This document shows positions 52,343 through 53,241 of a stretch of 53,241 bases of DNA, piece after piece (positions within the stretch are counted from its first letter, which is position 1; each line of letters starts with the position of its first letter). This DNA is from a virus (Duplodnaviria; Caudoviricetes): positions 1 through 53,241 of the IMG/VR virus record IMGVR_UViG_3300007619_000003. One strand, 5' to 3'. Both the position numbers and the translations under genes were made by a program. The notes under the pieces are model-generated. The model did no database searches. It was not told the origin of the DNA and saw only the letters and a list, made by a program, of their open reading frames with translations.

Positions 52343-53106
52343 GCTTCGTCGACCAGGTCATCGAGTTCGCGAAGGTGCTCGGCTCCGCCATCGGCGGGAC
52401 GAACGCGGGCGTCACGTACAACCTGACCGGCATCGGCGACTTCCTGGAGGACGTCGCCGGGAACGTGATCGGCGACGACGCGAGCGACGAAGCGGGAGAG
52501 CATGCGGACGAGCAGCCCGCCTACCAGTCGCTGGGCGTCGTCGCGCGGCCGCTCCCGCCGGAAGGGCAGTTTCACGCGGAGAGCATGGCGGCGCGGACGA
52601 GCGACGGAATGGAGCCCTTCGCCTACCGGGACCTGCGCATCAACCGCGCCCTGAACCCGACGGGCGCCAGCTCCGCCCCAAAGGAGGGGCAGCTGTTCTT
52701 CGCCGGCTACGCCGGCGCGTTCCTGAGCCACGAGCTCGCGGCGGCGGACAGCGGCGACAAGAAGCCGAACGTCACGACGCTGTACGTCCCGTACTCGTTC
52801 TCTGGCGACGTCCCGGGGAAGGCGCACGCGGTCGTCATCGACCCGACCATCGGGATCCAGATCGTCAACGGGGAGGGCGCGTTCCTGACGTTGTCGAACG
52901 ACGTCGGGAACGGGGAGCCTGGCATCTCCTGGGGAATGGGGACGACGACCTTCGGTCGGATCAGCGAGAGCGAGACGCTTATCCACTCGCCGAAGATTTA
53001 TCTCAAGGGCAACGTCTATTTGGGGGCGAGCGCGGAGACCGGCGTCCCGCTTCTCCCCGGGCCATCCTCACCGCCGGGTCCGAGCGTGTACATCTCCCCG
53101 TTATGA
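52339..53106 (+). CDS. Baseplate spike (Mu gp45/gpV-like)
   Basis: QSLGVVARP...RDLR...PKEGQ; position after the hub. Confidence 0.7.
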   Translation: MSFVDQVIEFAKVLGSAIGGTNAGVTYNLTGIGDFLEDVAGNVIGDDASDEAGEHADEQPAYQSLGVVARPLPPEGQFHAESMAARTSDGMEPFAYRDLRINRALNPTGASSAPKEGQLFFAGYAGAFLSHELAAADSGDKKPNVTTLYVPYSFSGDVPGKAHAVVIDPTIGIQIVNGEGAFLTLSNDVGNGEPGISWGMGTTTFGRISESETLIHSPKIYLKGNVYLGASAETGVPLLPGPSSPPGPSVYISPL

Positions 53107-53241
53107 CCGCCTGCGCGTTCCCGTCGGTCCCGAGCTTCGGGCTATCAGTCCCGACGCCGGTCGTCCCCGCGGTCCCGGGGCTGCCGGGGATCACCCTCTC
53201 CGGCGCGCTCGCGGCGCTCCCTGGGGTCCCGTCGGTCCCGA
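53103..53241 (+). CDS. Pro-rich hypothetical baseplate-region protein (3' truncated)
   Basis: ATGA overlap; MTACAFPSVPSFGLSVPTPVVP... open to the window end. Confidence 0.5.
   Translation, partial: MTACAFPSVPSFGLSVPTPVVPAVPGLPGITLSGALAALPGVPSVP

Overview
This window is most of a very GC-rich, CpG-rich contractile-tailed phage genome. It looks circularly permuted: it starts in the end of a Gly-rich tail-fibre-like gene and ends in the baseplate genes. Gene order: lysis cassette (M15 endolysin, holin, exported SLT-like enzyme); a minus-strand arm with putative virion accessory genes, a SbcC/SbcD/SSAP recombination module, DUF932 and many small early ORFs; an AAA_25-type helicase followed by a repeat-rich putative origin; middle genes (HerA-like ATPase, RuvC, small Zn-finger ORFs); a DNA-modification and packaging operon; and a Mu-like head/tail module. 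No transposase or integrase is visible. The top finding is at 26.8-31.7 kb. A C5-cytosine methyltransferase homologue carries Arg in place of the conserved motif-X Asn (GRAVPP instead of GNAVPP) and is translationally coupled to a CmoA-like carboxy-SAM synthase. This mirrors the engineered N-to-K change that converts M.MpeI into a DNA carboxymethyltransferase, and predicts a natural 5-carboxymethylcytosine system next to the terminase. Other signals: a duplicated late-promoter element, near-leaderless transcripts, a -1 frameshift in the tail chaperone, a portal-gpF fusion with an HxH insert, and candidate anti-defence micro-proteins. All family calls come from motif recognition by eye; no searches were run.
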